Shown in pieces: positions 27,118 to 37,378 of a DNA stretch of 64,000 nucleotides (within the stretch, counting starts at the first letter, position 1; every line of letters starts with the position of its first letter). The stretch is from a bacterium. GTDB taxonomy: Bacteria > Patescibacteriota > Minisyncoccia > Phycocordibacterales > UBA2100. Below the pieces are notes generated by a model. The model saw only the letters and a list, made by a program, of their open reading frames with translations, did not search any database and had not been told where the DNA came from. The stretch is taken from NCBI GenBank assembly GCA_030674455.1, contig JAUSGQ010000020.1, positions 13,461 through 77,460 of the forward strand. Reading direction: 5' to 3'. The translations under genes were made by a program, and so were the position numbers.

Positions 27118-27975
27118 ATGCGGCATAGACCAAAACTTGGACAACATTTCCTGAAAGCTAAATGGGCTGCGCGCTCGCTCGCTTATGCAGTTGGCATTTC
27201 TCCGGGCGACACAGTGCTAGAAGTCGGGCCTGGCAAAGGAGCTCTCACGCGCGAGCTACTTGCGATTGCTAAAGATGTCGGCGCAAAAGTTGTGGCGATT
27301 GAAAAAGATGAGGCGCTGGTCGCACATCTCGGTGAAATATTCGCAGATGAGATATCTTCGGGAATTCTCATAGTTGTTGCGGGAGATGTACGCGATGTTT
27401 ACCAAGGAGAGACCTTAAAATCCCCAAGGTCTCACCTTGGAGACGCGACCGCGGCACTATCTGGAAAATATGTTGTGGCGGCAAATATTCCGTACTACAT
27501 AACCGGAGAAATCATCCGCCAATTTCTAACAGCAGAGATACAGCCGCGCACGATGGCGCTTCTTGTGCAAAAAGAAGTCGCGCAAAGGGTTGTAGCTAAA
27601 CCCGCCGGAGGCGGGTCCTCCTCCGGAGGAAAGGAGAGCTTGCTTTCGCTCTCCGTTAAAGCGTACGGAACTCCGAAAATAGTTGTGAAAGTTCCACGCG
27701 GGAATTTCTCGCCGGCGCCGAATGTTGATTCGGCCATTCTTCTGGTAGAAAATATTTCCAGAGACTTTTTCTCTAGTATTAGCGAGGAGCTATTCTTCAA
27801 GGTGATACACGCCGGGTTCAAATCGAAAAGAAAATTCCTGCTCAATAATCTCGCTGGCACATTCGAGAAGGAGATTGTCGCGCGAGCATTCACCGAGTGC
27901 GGCATCAGTATGAAAGCCCGCGCTGAGGACGTACCGCTCGAGAAATGGAAAGCCCTTGCATTACACCTCGCTTAG
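27118..27975 (+). CDS. rsmA: 16S rRNA (adenine1518/1519-N6)-dimethyltransferase
   Basis: RPKLGQHFL at the N-terminus, the SAM-binding VLEVGPGKGALT, and NIPYYIT. Start at Met 27118. Confidence 0.85.
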   Translation: MRHRPKLGQHFLKAKWAARSLAYAVGISPGDTVLEVGPGKGALTRELLAIAKDVGAKVVAIEKDEALVAHLGEIFADEISSGILIVVAGDVRDVYQGETLKSPRSHLGDATAALSGKYVVAANIPYYITGEIIRQFLTAEIQPRTMALLVQKEVAQRVVAKPAGGGSSSGGKESLLSLSVKAYGTPKIVVKVPRGNFSPAPNVDSAILLVENISRDFFSSISEELFFKVIHAGFKSKRKFLLNNLAGTFEKEIVARAFTECGISMKARAEDVPLEKWKALALHLA

Positions 27976-28592
27976 TCCTGTTGGCCTCCTGTGGCCGGAG
28001 TCAGCGTTGTTTGTTGCACATTTTGAAGTGTCGCGCTATTCGGATCAAGCCCCGCTGGAGAAACCTGTGCTGGCGGAGGCGATGCCGGCACAAATGTGTT
28101 CAAGGGCGACCCTCCTCCGCTTGAGCCCATCATGCCAATCGCGATACCGGGAACAACAATCGGCCCGACCGGAAATACGACGCAAATGTAGGGAATACTT
28201 GTAAGCCCCAATAACCATTTGCCCGGAGCCGGAGGACCATTTTTATAGGTACGGGTGGCTAACGTCCATATATAGAGGCCGGGATTCGGCGACCCCACAA
28301 CGGAAATAGTGCCATAGGGAACGACACCAAACACAAAACATGGCCACACAAGGCTTGCTTTGCCTCCAAACGGATATGCGAGAGCCAAATTGGGCGCGCT
28401 AAGAAGAAGAGCGGCACAAATGAGAACTGCGGAAACAGGACGCCTGAACATGCTGTACATTCTAGCACTACGCGACTGGATACAGGTACATACAGCGAGG
28501 CCAAAATACCCGAGGTGCGACCTTGGGAGTGGCTCTTTAAGGTCGCACCTCGGGTATTTTGCTATGTTCGTTGCTGTGCTGTTGCTACTCAA
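27972..28592 (-). CDS. Hypothetical secreted protein
   Basis: Probable true start MYSMFRRPVSAVLICAALLLSAPNLALA (signal peptide) near 28455. Gly/Pro-rich. Confidence 0.4.
   Translation of the reverse strand: MSSNSTATNIAKYPRCDLKEPLPRSHLGYFGLAVCTCIQSRSARMYSMFRRPVSAVLICAALLLSAPNLALAYPFGGKASLVWPCFVFGVVPYGTISVVGSPNPGLYIWTLATRTYKNGPPAPGKWLLGLTSIPYICVVFPVGPIVVPGIAIGMMGSSGGGSPLNTFVPASPPPAQVSPAGLDPNSATLQNVQQTTLTPATGGQQD
28501..28558. promoter_or_regulatory. Perfect palindrome AAAATACCCGAGGTGCGACCTT-n14-AAGGTCGCACCTCGGGTATTTT between divergent genes
   Basis: 22-bp perfect arms. Lies between the likely starts of the divergent genes at 28455 (-) and 28564 (+). Confidence 0.5.
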
Positions 28593-29580
28593 CGCTATAC
28601 GCTATACCCTATACCTTATGCACTGGCTTCGCGAACACCGACACACCGTTGCGCTCATCGGGGCGGCTGTTTTTGTCGTAGTAGGCGGAATTCTCGCCAG
28701 AAACAATACTGGAGCTTCAGAACTCGGGAACATTAAAAATGTCGCTGTGGAATATCCTTACTACGCTCCTTCAGCAGATACAGAGGGCGTATCGGTAAAG
28801 AACCAGCGTACAAATCCGCAGAGTGCGGTTTCTGATATAGGCAGTTCAACGGCATCTCTCGCTGTTTTCTTTGACCGAGCATCAACGCCGGAACGGCCAC
28901 CGACAACATCTGTAACGCAAACCGCTACAAAAATCGTCCCGCAAACGCCGACTAAATCTCAAAGCACTATTACGAATTCTGCGTATTCGTCTTTCTTCCG
29001 CACGCTCTCGAATATTCTTTCTCCATCAGACACGCGAACACCGGAACAAAAAGAGCTTTATAATTACGGCAACGAGGTGGGCTCGATCGTAAAAACTTTT
29101 GAAAATAGCCATGGTAACCTGACGCAGGTGTTAAAAACGTTCTTCGACAGCCGCGTCGACCCCTCGAAAGCGGCTGCGACCCCTGAAATTGCCGATGCCT
29201 ACGCGCAATTGACGAGAGGAATTCCATCCTCAGCTGGCACAACTCCCGCCTCGGCAACCGCTGGAGTCCAATCCATCGCAAACGATTACGCACAATTGAG
29301 CTTCGCGATAGGGAGCATCGCAGATGTTCCTCCGCAAGCCGAAATCTTGAATGCGAAACTCGCCAAAGGATATGGGGACGTTGCACAAGGCATGTCCAAA
29401 CTTGCGAAAACTGACAATAATGATGCGCTTCTCGAGGCAATTAACTCTTATAACGCAACCGCGGAGGAATTTATCAGAACTTACGTCGCACTTGCGGATC
29501 TTTTTTCAGCATATGGAGTGAAATTCTCCGCGAGCGACCCGGGTTCAATTTTTTCTTTTAGTATGACTGGTGGGCTGTAG
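28564..29580 (+). CDS. Hypothetical membrane-anchored extracytoplasmic protein
   Basis: Start taken at MFVAVLLLL (N-terminal TM) just after the palindrome. Ser/Thr/Ala-rich exported domain. Confidence 0.45.
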   Translation: MFVAVLLLLNAIRYTLYLMHWLREHRHTVALIGAAVFVVVGGILARNNTGASELGNIKNVAVEYPYYAPSADTEGVSVKNQRTNPQSAVSDIGSSTASLAVFFDRASTPERPPTTSVTQTATKIVPQTPTKSQSTITNSAYSSFFRTLSNILSPSDTRTPEQKELYNYGNEVGSIVKTFENSHGNLTQVLKTFFDSRVDPSKAAATPEIADAYAQLTRGIPSSAGTTPASATAGVQSIANDYAQLSFAIGSIADVPPQAEILNAKLAKGYGDVAQGMSKLAKTDNNDALLEAINSYNATAEEFIRTYVALADLFSAYGVKFSASDPGSIFSFSMTGGL

Positions 29581-29860
29581 CGAAATACCCAAGGTCACAA
29601 ATGCGCGCATAGCGTGGCGGCCTGTCATAGTCGAGCGTAGCGAAGCAATCCAATTCCTTTCTTCTGGATTGCTTCGCGTTGCTCGCAATGACGATTCTTC
29701 GAAGGTTAAATTTTCCCCTATTGGTCGAAACTGTGGTCAGTTTCGACACGATTTTTGCTCCGTGGAGTACCACGGAAAAAATCGCCTACTGCCTAGTGCT
29801 TTTTCTTTTCCTTACTGCGTTTAGACCTCTTGCCTATTCATTGGATGTTATAATTTTCAT

Positions 29861-30703
29861 GTGGAAAACAAACACGCGAACGATGCGGGGTTTATTTTGA
29901 CGTGGCGAGATCGTCTGGGAATTTCATTCTCGCCGATGCTCATCGCCGCCGTTCTTTCCGTCGCGGTTTTATTAATTGCAATCGGCTGGCAGGCCAATAA
30001 AACTATCGTAACGGCAAATCCCGGAGCTTTTACCGGTTCGGGGAAGGTATCTTCCGCCCAAAATCAAACCGGGAGCGGAACAATTACAGAAATGAACTAT
30101 ATCGCACTCGCAGACGAAGCAGGTCCGAATGATTTCTCGAACACCGAAAGCGACGTTTTTGGACAACTTTTCGGAACATATATTAGCCTCAAAAATTCGG
30201 GAACGTACACAGAGGAGAAAGGGGCTGACCTGGCCAATCGCATAGCCGAGGCAACGGTGGCGCAGGTTGAATACACGCCTATTGCGAGGAGCGAAATAAA
30301 AACCGATTCCGACGTCTCTCGCGAACGAGTTCTTGCATATAGAAATGACTTGCAAACCGCTCTTGCGCCTTTTTTAACGAAGTCCGAATCGGAACTCGGA
30401 ATTTTTAACAGCTATGTACAAACGGGAGATAAGCACAACCTTGAGCTTTTGGCAGATGCTGCGGGGAAATATCGCAAAACTGTTTCTCTGCTCTCCGCAG
30501 TGACCGTACCGCAAGACGCGATTGATTATCACCTGGGAATCACGAACTCTCTTTTGCAGTTCGCAGTAACTCTTGATGCGATGATAAAAAATGCGGATGA
30601 CCCGATGGCTACTCTTGCCCTCTTGCGCACATACAATTCCGCTGAAGATAGCGTGTACACATCGTTCAGCTCCCTTGCTTCCTACGAAAAGCGAAAAATA
30701 TGA
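29861..30703 (+). CDS. Hypothetical membrane-anchored protein (T4SS-like cluster)
   Basis: N-terminal TM LIAAVLSVAVLLIAIGW. 4-nt overlap with the next gene suggests an operon. Confidence 0.45.
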   Translation: MENKHANDAGFILTWRDRLGISFSPMLIAAVLSVAVLLIAIGWQANKTIVTANPGAFTGSGKVSSAQNQTGSGTITEMNYIALADEAGPNDFSNTESDVFGQLFGTYISLKNSGTYTEEKGADLANRIAEATVAQVEYTPIARSEIKTDSDVSRERVLAYRNDLQTALAPFLTKSESELGIFNSYVQTGDKHNLELLADAAGKYRKTVSLLSAVTVPQDAIDYHLGITNSLLQFAVTLDAMIKNADDPMATLALLRTYNSAEDSVYTSFSSLASYEKRKI

Positions 30704-32442
30704 CTCCCATTAGAGACCGCGGAAGTTTAGTCTGTGTCCATTCAACGGATGTTTTTCATTGGTCTATTGCTTACGGGCAATTGCTTTTGAGTCGGAAGCG
30801 CAAACTTCCTACTTCTAACGGGACAGGTAACAAATATTCTTTCATCGCCCTGTGGTGCGCGCTGGCAATATTCGCAGCGCCCGCAGGCGTTTACGCGCAA
30901 CTTACAGCAAACGATGACCCCATGGAAAATTGCAGTATATATGGCGCCCAATCAATGAGCGTGGGCTCTATCGCAACGCTCGGAGGCGGAGTTGTGCCGG
31001 TGAGCGACGCGGCCGTTACTCTGAATACCGGAATGCTCGTCTACAAAGAATGCATCGTTCGCAAAATAATAGACGCAAAAAAGAAAGCCGCGATAGCGCA
31101 ACTTATAAGCGATTCTTCAAAAACATATCTGAAAGGACGAGAGGTCTGCACAGTGGACATTGACGGCAATAGAACATGCGAAACGACCAGTCCGTATTTT
31201 CCCGAAGATCTGGCGGCCGACCAGCGGCTGTGGGAGAGCAATGTTGTCAACCAAAACATAAGCGGCGGGCTATCAAATTCTCTAAATCCTGCGTATCAGA
31301 ACGACCTGCGGCTTGCCCTCAATCGCTCCTATCAGCAACAAATCCAGAATCCGGGCGCATCGCTCGCCTGTTCGTATACGGGAGACCTCGTCGCTCTTAA
31401 CAACGGTGCATACGACGGTCCGCAGTCATTGTTTGCGGTCGGCGACCCCAACTGCAATCCTCTCTTCAATTATTACAATTACCAAAGTTCCGTCATGAGC
31501 ATCGCGGCCGCCGACACAGCAAACAGGATGACCCGCCTTGGCTGGAACAATGGCACGTATGACGTCGAGTACAGGGATCCCGCGACCGGACGAGTGCGCG
31601 TCGTTACGCCCGGATTCATAGTAGCGGGAACTTTCCAACAGCAACTCGGCTCGAATTTCCGACAGCTTGAAAATGCCAACGACATAGGACAATTGATAAA
31701 CGTATTCTTCGCCGGAATAGGGAACCTTGCTATTTCGGCCACAGCTCAAGGGCTTAACGCGCTTATCAATTCCTCCGTCGGGACATCTTTCGTTGACAGG
31801 ATGGTGCAAGACTTCGGTGCGGAACAATCAGCCGCGCAGACCGGCGCAGCTCTACAGAATCTCCAGGCGGCGGTCTATAACGAGAGTCAATATCTCGCGG
31901 CAAAAAATGCGACGAAGGACGTGTTGATGCAGGCCGCGACAAGTTTGCGCGATGCGGAAAACCTATGTTGGAGCCGGATAGTTCCTCTGGTAACGACGTA
32001 TGCGCAACAAAACAGCATCGCTCAAATACAGATAGCGACAACGTCAGAGCAATGGGCGCAAAAAGTCATAGAAAACAACAACAATAGTCTCGTTAGGCTG
32101 GCGGCTTCTCTAAACACCGAAGCTACTGCCGCCTCCACAGCGCTTGACCGTCTCAATGAAATCAGTGCCGGAGTAACTAACAACACTATTAGTGGAACCG
32201 ACGGCTACAATCAACTCAACGCCATCGTTTCAACCCTCCCTACACAGGCCGACGTGCAGGGCGCACAAGAGCAAACGCAGACCATGCAAACAAATCTTGG
32301 GACACTTGTTCAGGGAACCCTGACAGCCTGGCAAGGAAATGCAGACCCTACTGTCGGCTGGTGCAATGTCAATACTCCCGCCGTGATTAAAGGATGGGCA
32401 GACAAATGGAGCGGGAGCAGCAGCATCTATGACCACCGATAA
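30700..32442 (+). CDS. Hypothetical secreted protein (T4SS-like cluster)
   Basis: Signal peptide FIALWCALAIFAAPAGVYAQ followed by 580 aa of Asn/Gln/Thr-rich sequence. Operonic with the VirB6-like gene. Confidence 0.45.
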   Translation: MTPIRDRGSLVCVHSTDVFHWSIAYGQLLLSRKRKLPTSNGTGNKYSFIALWCALAIFAAPAGVYAQLTANDDPMENCSIYGAQSMSVGSIATLGGGVVPVSDAAVTLNTGMLVYKECIVRKIIDAKKKAAIAQLISDSSKTYLKGREVCTVDIDGNRTCETTSPYFPEDLAADQRLWESNVVNQNISGGLSNSLNPAYQNDLRLALNRSYQQQIQNPGASLACSYTGDLVALNNGAYDGPQSLFAVGDPNCNPLFNYYNYQSSVMSIAAADTANRMTRLGWNNGTYDVEYRDPATGRVRVVTPGFIVAGTFQQQLGSNFRQLENANDIGQLINVFFAGIGNLAISATAQGLNALINSSVGTSFVDRMVQDFGAEQSAAQTGAALQNLQAAVYNESQYLAAKNATKDVLMQAATSLRDAENLCWSRIVPLVTTYAQQNSIAQIQIATTSEQWAQKVIENNNNSLVRLAASLNTEATAASTALDRLNEISAGVTNNTISGTDGYNQLNAIVSTLPTQADVQGAQEQTQTMQTNLGTLVQGTLTAWQGNADPTVGWCNVNTPAVIKGWADKWSGSSSIYDHR

Positions 32443-32448
32443 ATCGTT

Positions 32449-34965
32449 ATGAAAAAAATCCTCACATTAGGTTTTTTGACAATAGCACTGCTCATTACTG
32501 CTGCACCTGAGTTGGCTACAGCACAATCCGCACAACCCGAGTGGTGGGAATTAGCGAGGAACACTGCATGGTGTGGGACTTTAGGACTTCTTGATCCATC
32601 CTGCTGGATTAAATTAATCGCCGTCGTAGGCGGCACCATCTTGGTTAATTTAGCAGCATTGCTTTTGGGACTGGCGGATATGCTGTTCGGATGGACGTTT
32701 GATAACACGGTACTTTTATTCAAAACAGAGATATTTCAAAAGGCGGAAGAGGGAATAAACGCCGGTTGGACGGCACTTCGTGACATCGCGAATATCGTCA
32801 TAATCGGAATGCTCACCTTTACTGCAATCTCGACAATCCTCGGGATACAGGAATATGCCGCAAAGAAATTTCTCGCTCGCGTGCTTATAATAGCGGTGCT
32901 CATAAACTTCAGCTTACTTTTTACAAAACTTATTATTGACGCTTCCAACTTTACCGCAGGGCAGTTCTACGCGGCGGCGGCCGGAACATCCTTAGGCGGA
33001 GCGATGGATGATGCAACAAAGCGCAGCAGCGGCCATAAGGCCGACATCGCGGCACCCGAGACATCCTTTCGAAAGACCGGTATTTCCGGCGCATTCATGC
33101 GATTTTCAAGAGCGACGAGCATTAGCGGCACTGGGGGAAGCTTATTTAGGACTGCTTATAGCGATGCTGGTGGTGCACTCATGGCACTCGGGCAGGCCGT
33201 TCTTGCGGTGATACTACTGGGCGGAGCCGCGTTAGTTCTTTTCTATGGCAGTTATCTCCTCATATCCCGCGCTTTGCTGTTTATTTTTCTTATGATTACC
33301 GCGGCTGGCGCATTCGCGACCTACCTCATCCCCGGAATGAGCGACAGTAGGTATGGATGGAAGGGCTGGTGGTCGTCGCTTTTGCACAATGCCGCTCTTG
33401 CCCCCATTTTAATGGTACTGATATGGGTAACAATCCAGGTGTCCTCAAAAATGTCGGACATGAGAGAGGGTGCCGGGGGAACCCTCGGGACATTGGCCGA
33501 CCCCAAGCTCTTGTCCTCGGCTGATGGAGGGGTTTCATCGATAAGTGAGCTATTCTCCTTTATCGTAATTATAGGATTGCTCTACGCTTCTTTCCTTCTT
33601 GCGAGCAAATGGGCGGGGAAGGTGGGCGGTCTCAGCATGGCGTCAATGGCATTAACCGTTCCATTCAACCTCGGCTCGCAAGCGGTAGGATTCGCTCTCA
33701 AAAAAGGATTGGGCGGCGGAGCCGCATTAATTGAAAAGAAGATTGGCGCGAAGCAAGGAAAACTAAGGGATAGACTGGCTCGTTACCCCGACATGTCGCC
33801 TGCCAGAAAGAGCACAATCCAGGCTGGCATCGATAAGTATGCGTGGCAAAAGGGACTTGCCGGACGGTTTGCAAAACAGAATTACAATCCTATTGCACAA
33901 CTTGCAAAGACAAAGTTGGGCCAAACGGTCGCAAAGCAAGCCGGATTTACCAGCCCGATATCTGCCGGCGACGCGAAGTCTAATTTTGCAGATGATGCGA
34001 AAAAGGTAACTGAAGCCGCTGTAGCGCGCGCAGAAGCTGCGTACCAGTTCTCTACGAGCGATCAGAGAAAAATGCGTGAAAAGGAAGAGGCAAGACGAAG
34101 AAAAGAATGGCAGGAACACAAACAATTGCTCACCGAACAGGCAGTACTGGCAGCAAGAACTGCCGAAGCATCGGAACAACAGACGCAAAGAGAGAAAGCC
34201 AGATTGGAGCTTGAAAAACAACTGGTTGTGAGAGAAGCGACAGACAAAAAGACAAATGAAAATCTTGCGCCTAAAAAAGCCGTCGCGGAAGATAATCTAA
34301 AGACTGTAACGAAAGATGCGACGGCGCAAAAGGCAACCGTGGCTCTCACCTCGGACACATTAATCAAGAAACTCCAGGACGAACTAAGCCATGCCCAGAC
34401 GCCTGACCAAACAAAGGAAATAACCGGTAAGATAAAGAGCGCGGTGGCGGAAAAACAAGCGGCAATTGATGAGCAAGATGTGAGGATAAGAGACGCACAG
34501 AAAGCCGTAAAAGATATTGAGAATAGAATCGGTGAAATAGACAGGGATGCGAGAAAAGAAACACAAGAACTTGATGAATCTCTTTCACACTATGAAGAAA
34601 ATGCGGTTCGTGATGCGAGAAGGAGCAAGGGGCTCAACGAAAGGCTTAGAAAGGAAGATAACAAGGAAGAAACTGGACAACTTGATATTGATATTTCAAG
34701 AGCGGCGGAGAGAGTAGTGCAACGGTCAATTGATGCCGTTAAAAAACCGGGCGCGGAAGCGGCGGAAAGATATGCAGCCAATAGGATATCTGCTCTCGGA
34801 TTTGGGGCCTATGTCGGAGGAAAGGCGAAGACAATGTATGAAGACAAACAGGGTAAGACTAGGATTAAGAAAGACCTCGAAACGTATCTTGAAGATATGT
34901 TGAAACCAGAAAGTGCATCCACGGTGGCGCCGACTCCGCCGGCAACCCCAGGGACAACCGCTTGA
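32449..34965 (+). CDS. VirB6/TrbL-like polytopic membrane protein with long C-terminal coiled-coil
   Basis: N-terminal signal, then about 6 TM helices over ~400 aa, as in TrbL/VirB6. The C-terminal 400 aa are charged coiled-coil (EKARLELEKQLV...). Lies upstream of the PrgI-like and VirB4-like genes. Confidence 0.45.
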   Translation: MKKILTLGFLTIALLITAAPELATAQSAQPEWWELARNTAWCGTLGLLDPSCWIKLIAVVGGTILVNLAALLLGLADMLFGWTFDNTVLLFKTEIFQKAEEGINAGWTALRDIANIVIIGMLTFTAISTILGIQEYAAKKFLARVLIIAVLINFSLLFTKLIIDASNFTAGQFYAAAAGTSLGGAMDDATKRSSGHKADIAAPETSFRKTGISGAFMRFSRATSISGTGGSLFRTAYSDAGGALMALGQAVLAVILLGGAALVLFYGSYLLISRALLFIFLMITAAGAFATYLIPGMSDSRYGWKGWWSSLLHNAALAPILMVLIWVTIQVSSKMSDMREGAGGTLGTLADPKLLSSADGGVSSISELFSFIVIIGLLYASFLLASKWAGKVGGLSMASMALTVPFNLGSQAVGFALKKGLGGGAALIEKKIGAKQGKLRDRLARYPDMSPARKSTIQAGIDKYAWQKGLAGRFAKQNYNPIAQLAKTKLGQTVAKQAGFTSPISAGDAKSNFADDAKKVTEAAVARAEAAYQFSTSDQRKMREKEEARRRKEWQEHKQLLTEQAVLAARTAEASEQQTQREKARLELEKQLVVREATDKKTNENLAPKKAVAEDNLKTVTKDATAQKATVALTSDTLIKKLQDELSHAQTPDQTKEITGKIKSAVAEKQAAIDEQDVRIRDAQKAVKDIENRIGEIDRDARKETQELDESLSHYEENAVRDARRSKGLNERLRKEDNKEETGQLDIDISRAAERVVQRSIDAVKKPGAEAAERYAANRISALGFGAYVGGKAKTMYEDKQGKTRIKKDLETYLEDMLKPESASTVAPTPPATPGTTA

Positions 34966-34977
34966 TATACTGGCAAT

Positions 34978-35715
34978 ATGAACGACGACAAAAAATTAGA
35001 CGATATTCTCAAAGAGCGGCTCGCGAGCTTGCCATTGCCAGTGCGTAATGCGATTACGTCAGCAGACGTAGAAAAAGGTCTGCGCGAACTTGCCGACAAA
35101 CACAAACTTCACTTGGACCAGTGGGAAACCTTAGAGAATGCGGTAATGTTAACGCTTATCGGCTTCAAAAAGATAGCTGATTTGAGCGAAAACATCGAGA
35201 AAGAAGTCGGCGTAGACGCAGAGACAGCGCGAGCTATTGCGTCGGATATCACGGTTATTGTTTTTGAACCAATCCGCAAAGAGTTAGAGCGCGAACTGGG
35301 AGAACCGGTGACGGAAGAAGTTGGTGAAACGACCACCGTTGCTGAAGAACCCGCGCCAGTGGAAAAACCTATCGCGGAAAAACCGGTATCCAGTGAGTCC
35401 ATACTGAATACAGAATACCGGATACCGAATACTATTCCCGCGCGGGAAATAATCGATAACCTTCCTCCGCGGCCGATTGAAGTTAAGCCCGCAAATCAGC
35501 CCGCAGCCGGTAACCCGCAGCCGGTAGTCAGAGAAGCGGCTTCCATACAGAATACAGAATACAGAATACCAAATACATCTCCTTCTACTCCGCCTCCAGC
35601 TCCGCTAATGGCAAAATCAGTGCGCGCCGTTCCGTCGCCCGCGTATGCGCTGGACACGAAAAGCCACGAGCGCACAGCTATCGACGACGATCCATATAGG
35701 GAGTCGATAGCATAG
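34978..35715 (+). CDS. Hypothetical protein with internal repeat (NTEYRIPNT x2)
   Basis: 245-aa ORF. ESILNTEYRIPNTIP and ASIQNTEYRIPNTSP are internal repeats. Confidence 0.4.
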   Translation: MNDDKKLDDILKERLASLPLPVRNAITSADVEKGLRELADKHKLHLDQWETLENAVMLTLIGFKKIADLSENIEKEVGVDAETARAIASDITVIVFEPIRKELERELGEPVTEEVGETTTVAEEPAPVEKPIAEKPVSSESILNTEYRIPNTIPAREIIDNLPPRPIEVKPANQPAAGNPQPVVREAASIQNTEYRIPNTSPSTPPPAPLMAKSVRAVPSPAYALDTKSHERTAIDDDPYRESIA

Positions 35716-36146
35716 GTGTCAGGTTCCAGGTTTTAGGTTCCAGACAAAAATGCAAAGCATCAATTCGTACAAAGACCTTATAGTGTGGCAAAAAGCTATT
35801 GATGTTGTCGCTGACACATATGCCATCACGCGAAAGTTCCCGTCTTTTGAGAACTTCGGACTTTCATCACAGATGCAACGAGCTGCTGTTTCCATCGCCG
35901 CGAATATCGCGGAGGGACGTGGCCGCGGGACACGAACCGATTACGCGCATTTTTTGGATATATCGAATGGATCAGTATCGGAACTGGAAACGTTGCTAAC
36001 AATTGCGAAGCGTTTGTCGTACTGTAGAGAAGAACAGTGTAGTAGAATGGAGGAGCAGTTAGGTGAAATCGGGAAAATGCTCGGTACTTTGCGTGCTAAG
36101 TTACGACGCTTCTCCTAACACCTGAAACCTGTCACCTACAACCTAC
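35715..36146. mobile_element. IR-flanked mini-element carrying a four-helix-bundle gene (copy 1)
   Basis: Left GGTGTCAGGTTCCAGGTTTTAGGTTCCAG and right CTAACACCTGAAACCTGTCACCTACAACCTAC are imperfect inverted repeats. The same IR words occur without cargo at 36599-36725 and 48926-49030. Confidence 0.45.
35750..36118 (+). CDS. Four-helix-bundle protein (PF05635-like, '23S rRNA intervening-sequence protein' family)
   Basis: YKDLIVWQKAIDVV...SQMQRAAVSIAANIAEG...FLDISNGSVSELETLL matches the family signature. Confidence 0.7.
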   Translation: MQSINSYKDLIVWQKAIDVVADTYAITRKFPSFENFGLSSQMQRAAVSIAANIAEGRGRGTRTDYAHFLDISNGSVSELETLLTIAKRLSYCREEQCSRMEEQLGEIGKMLGTLRAKLRRFS

Positions 36147-36151
36147 CCAAT

Positions 36152-36598
36152 ATGCAATTCCAAGTTCCGCAATTTATAGAGGTTGAAGATAAGATTTTCG
36201 GGCCTCTTACTTTTAAGCAGTTCGTGTATGTCGCGGGCGGGCTTGGCACGTGCTATCTCTTCTGGAAAATTCTGCCTGTGCTCATATCGGTTCCGCTCAT
36301 TGCGGTGACAGCTGCGCTTGCGGCCGTTCTCGCGTTTTTCCAATTCAACGGAAGACCGTTTGTCGCCGCGCTCGAGCACGGCTTCTATTTTCTTTTGCGG
36401 AGCAAACTCTACCTCTGGAGGAATGATGAGAATGGAAGGGAACAGGCGGCAACAAAAAAACAGCTTCTGGACAAACAGGCGCAGGAAAAGGGGAAATCTC
36501 TCGTATATATTCCGAGCCTTTCCAACAGCAAACTGCACGATTTAGCCTGGAGCCTAGATATAAAAGAACAAATCGCCGAGAGCGAGGCGAGTGAATAG
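36152..36598 (+). CDS. PrgI/VirB3-like small conjugal-transfer membrane protein
   Basis: IEVEDKIFGPLTFKQFVYVAGG followed by two TM helices matches the PrgI-family architecture. Immediately upstream of the VirB4 homolog. Confidence 0.5.
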   Translation: MQFQVPQFIEVEDKIFGPLTFKQFVYVAGGLGTCYLFWKILPVLISVPLIAVTAALAAVLAFFQFNGRPFVAALEHGFYFLLRSKLYLWRNDENGREQAATKKQLLDKQAQEKGKSLVYIPSLSNSKLHDLAWSLDIKEQIAESEASE

Positions 36599-36725
36599 GT
36601 GATAGGTTCCACCCAGTAGGTGATTCTGCTAAATCAGGTGCTAGGTACTAGGTTAAAATCAAAACAATGAAACTTCAAGAAATCCATCTCCCTGACACCT
36701 GTAACCTGACACCTATAACCTAATC
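36599..36725. repeat. Empty copy of the GGTG.(T)AGGT ... CCTGACACCTGTAACCT inverted-repeat element
   Basis: GGTGATAGGTTCCACCCAGTAGGTGATT...CTGACACCTGTAACCTGACACCTATAACCT, with no cargo ORF. Confidence 0.45.
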
Positions 36726-36727
36726 CT

Positions 36728-37378
36728 ATGCCCCAATCTCTAGCCAGCAAAAAATCAACGCAGGATTTCGTGCCAGTGCGCGAGGTGCGCGACGGAATTG
36801 TCGTTCTCAAAGACGGCGGCCTGCGCGCGGTACTTCTCGCGTCCTCAATCAACTTCGCTCTCAAATCGGACGACGAACAGACCGCTTTCATAACTCAATT
36901 CCAGAGCTTCCTGAATTCTCTTGATTTTTCCGTACAGATATTCATAGAGTCGCGTATGCTGGACATCCGCCCTTATGTCGCCACGCTCGAGGCTGCGCAC
37001 AAAGAGCAGTTGGACGACCTAATGCGCGTTCAGATACGGGAGTACATCGAGTTCATCAAGAGCTTTACAGAGACCGCCAGCATTATGACGAAGAATTTCT
37101 TCGTGGTAGTGCCGTATTCAACTGGAGGAATAGGTGCGGGACTTTCGGGGCATTCTTCGTTCCTGCCGTGGAAAAGAAAAAAAGGTTCCTCCGAAGAAGA
37201 AAATAAATCGTTCGCAGAACAAGTGTCCCAGCTGGAACAGAGAATCGGGATTGTTCAACAGGGGCTCGTGCGCACCGGCGTCCGCACCGTCCAGCTTGGA
37301 ACGGAAGAGACCATTGAACTTCTCTATAAATTATTTAACCCGGGAGAGGAAGGGAAGCCGATGGTACTTGAAAAGTAA
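36728..37378 (+). CDS. VirB4-like protein, N-terminal fragment (split gene)
   Basis: DFVPVREVRDGIVVLKDGGLRAVLLASSINFALKSDDEQTAFI matches the extreme N-terminus of Gram-positive-type VirB4 proteins (IPY..I.DGI...DG.Y.K...INF.L.S..E). The ORF stops exactly at the boundary of the inserted element. Confidence 0.55.
   Translation: MPQSLASKKSTQDFVPVREVRDGIVVLKDGGLRAVLLASSINFALKSDDEQTAFITQFQSFLNSLDFSVQIFIESRMLDIRPYVATLEAAHKEQLDDLMRVQIREYIEFIKSFTETASIMTKNFFVVVPYSTGGIGAGLSGHSSFLPWKRKKGSSEEENKSFAEQVSQLEQRIGIVQQGLVRTGVRTVQLGTEETIELLYKLFNPGEEGKPMVLEK

Noticed and set aside
27409-27433. Palindrome GAGACCTT-n9-AAGGTCTC inside rsmA, as a possible in-frame repeat insertion
   Set aside because: The encoded stretch is only ~9 aa longer than the E. 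coli KsgA loop and the palindrome arms are short (8 bp). Could be coincidental.
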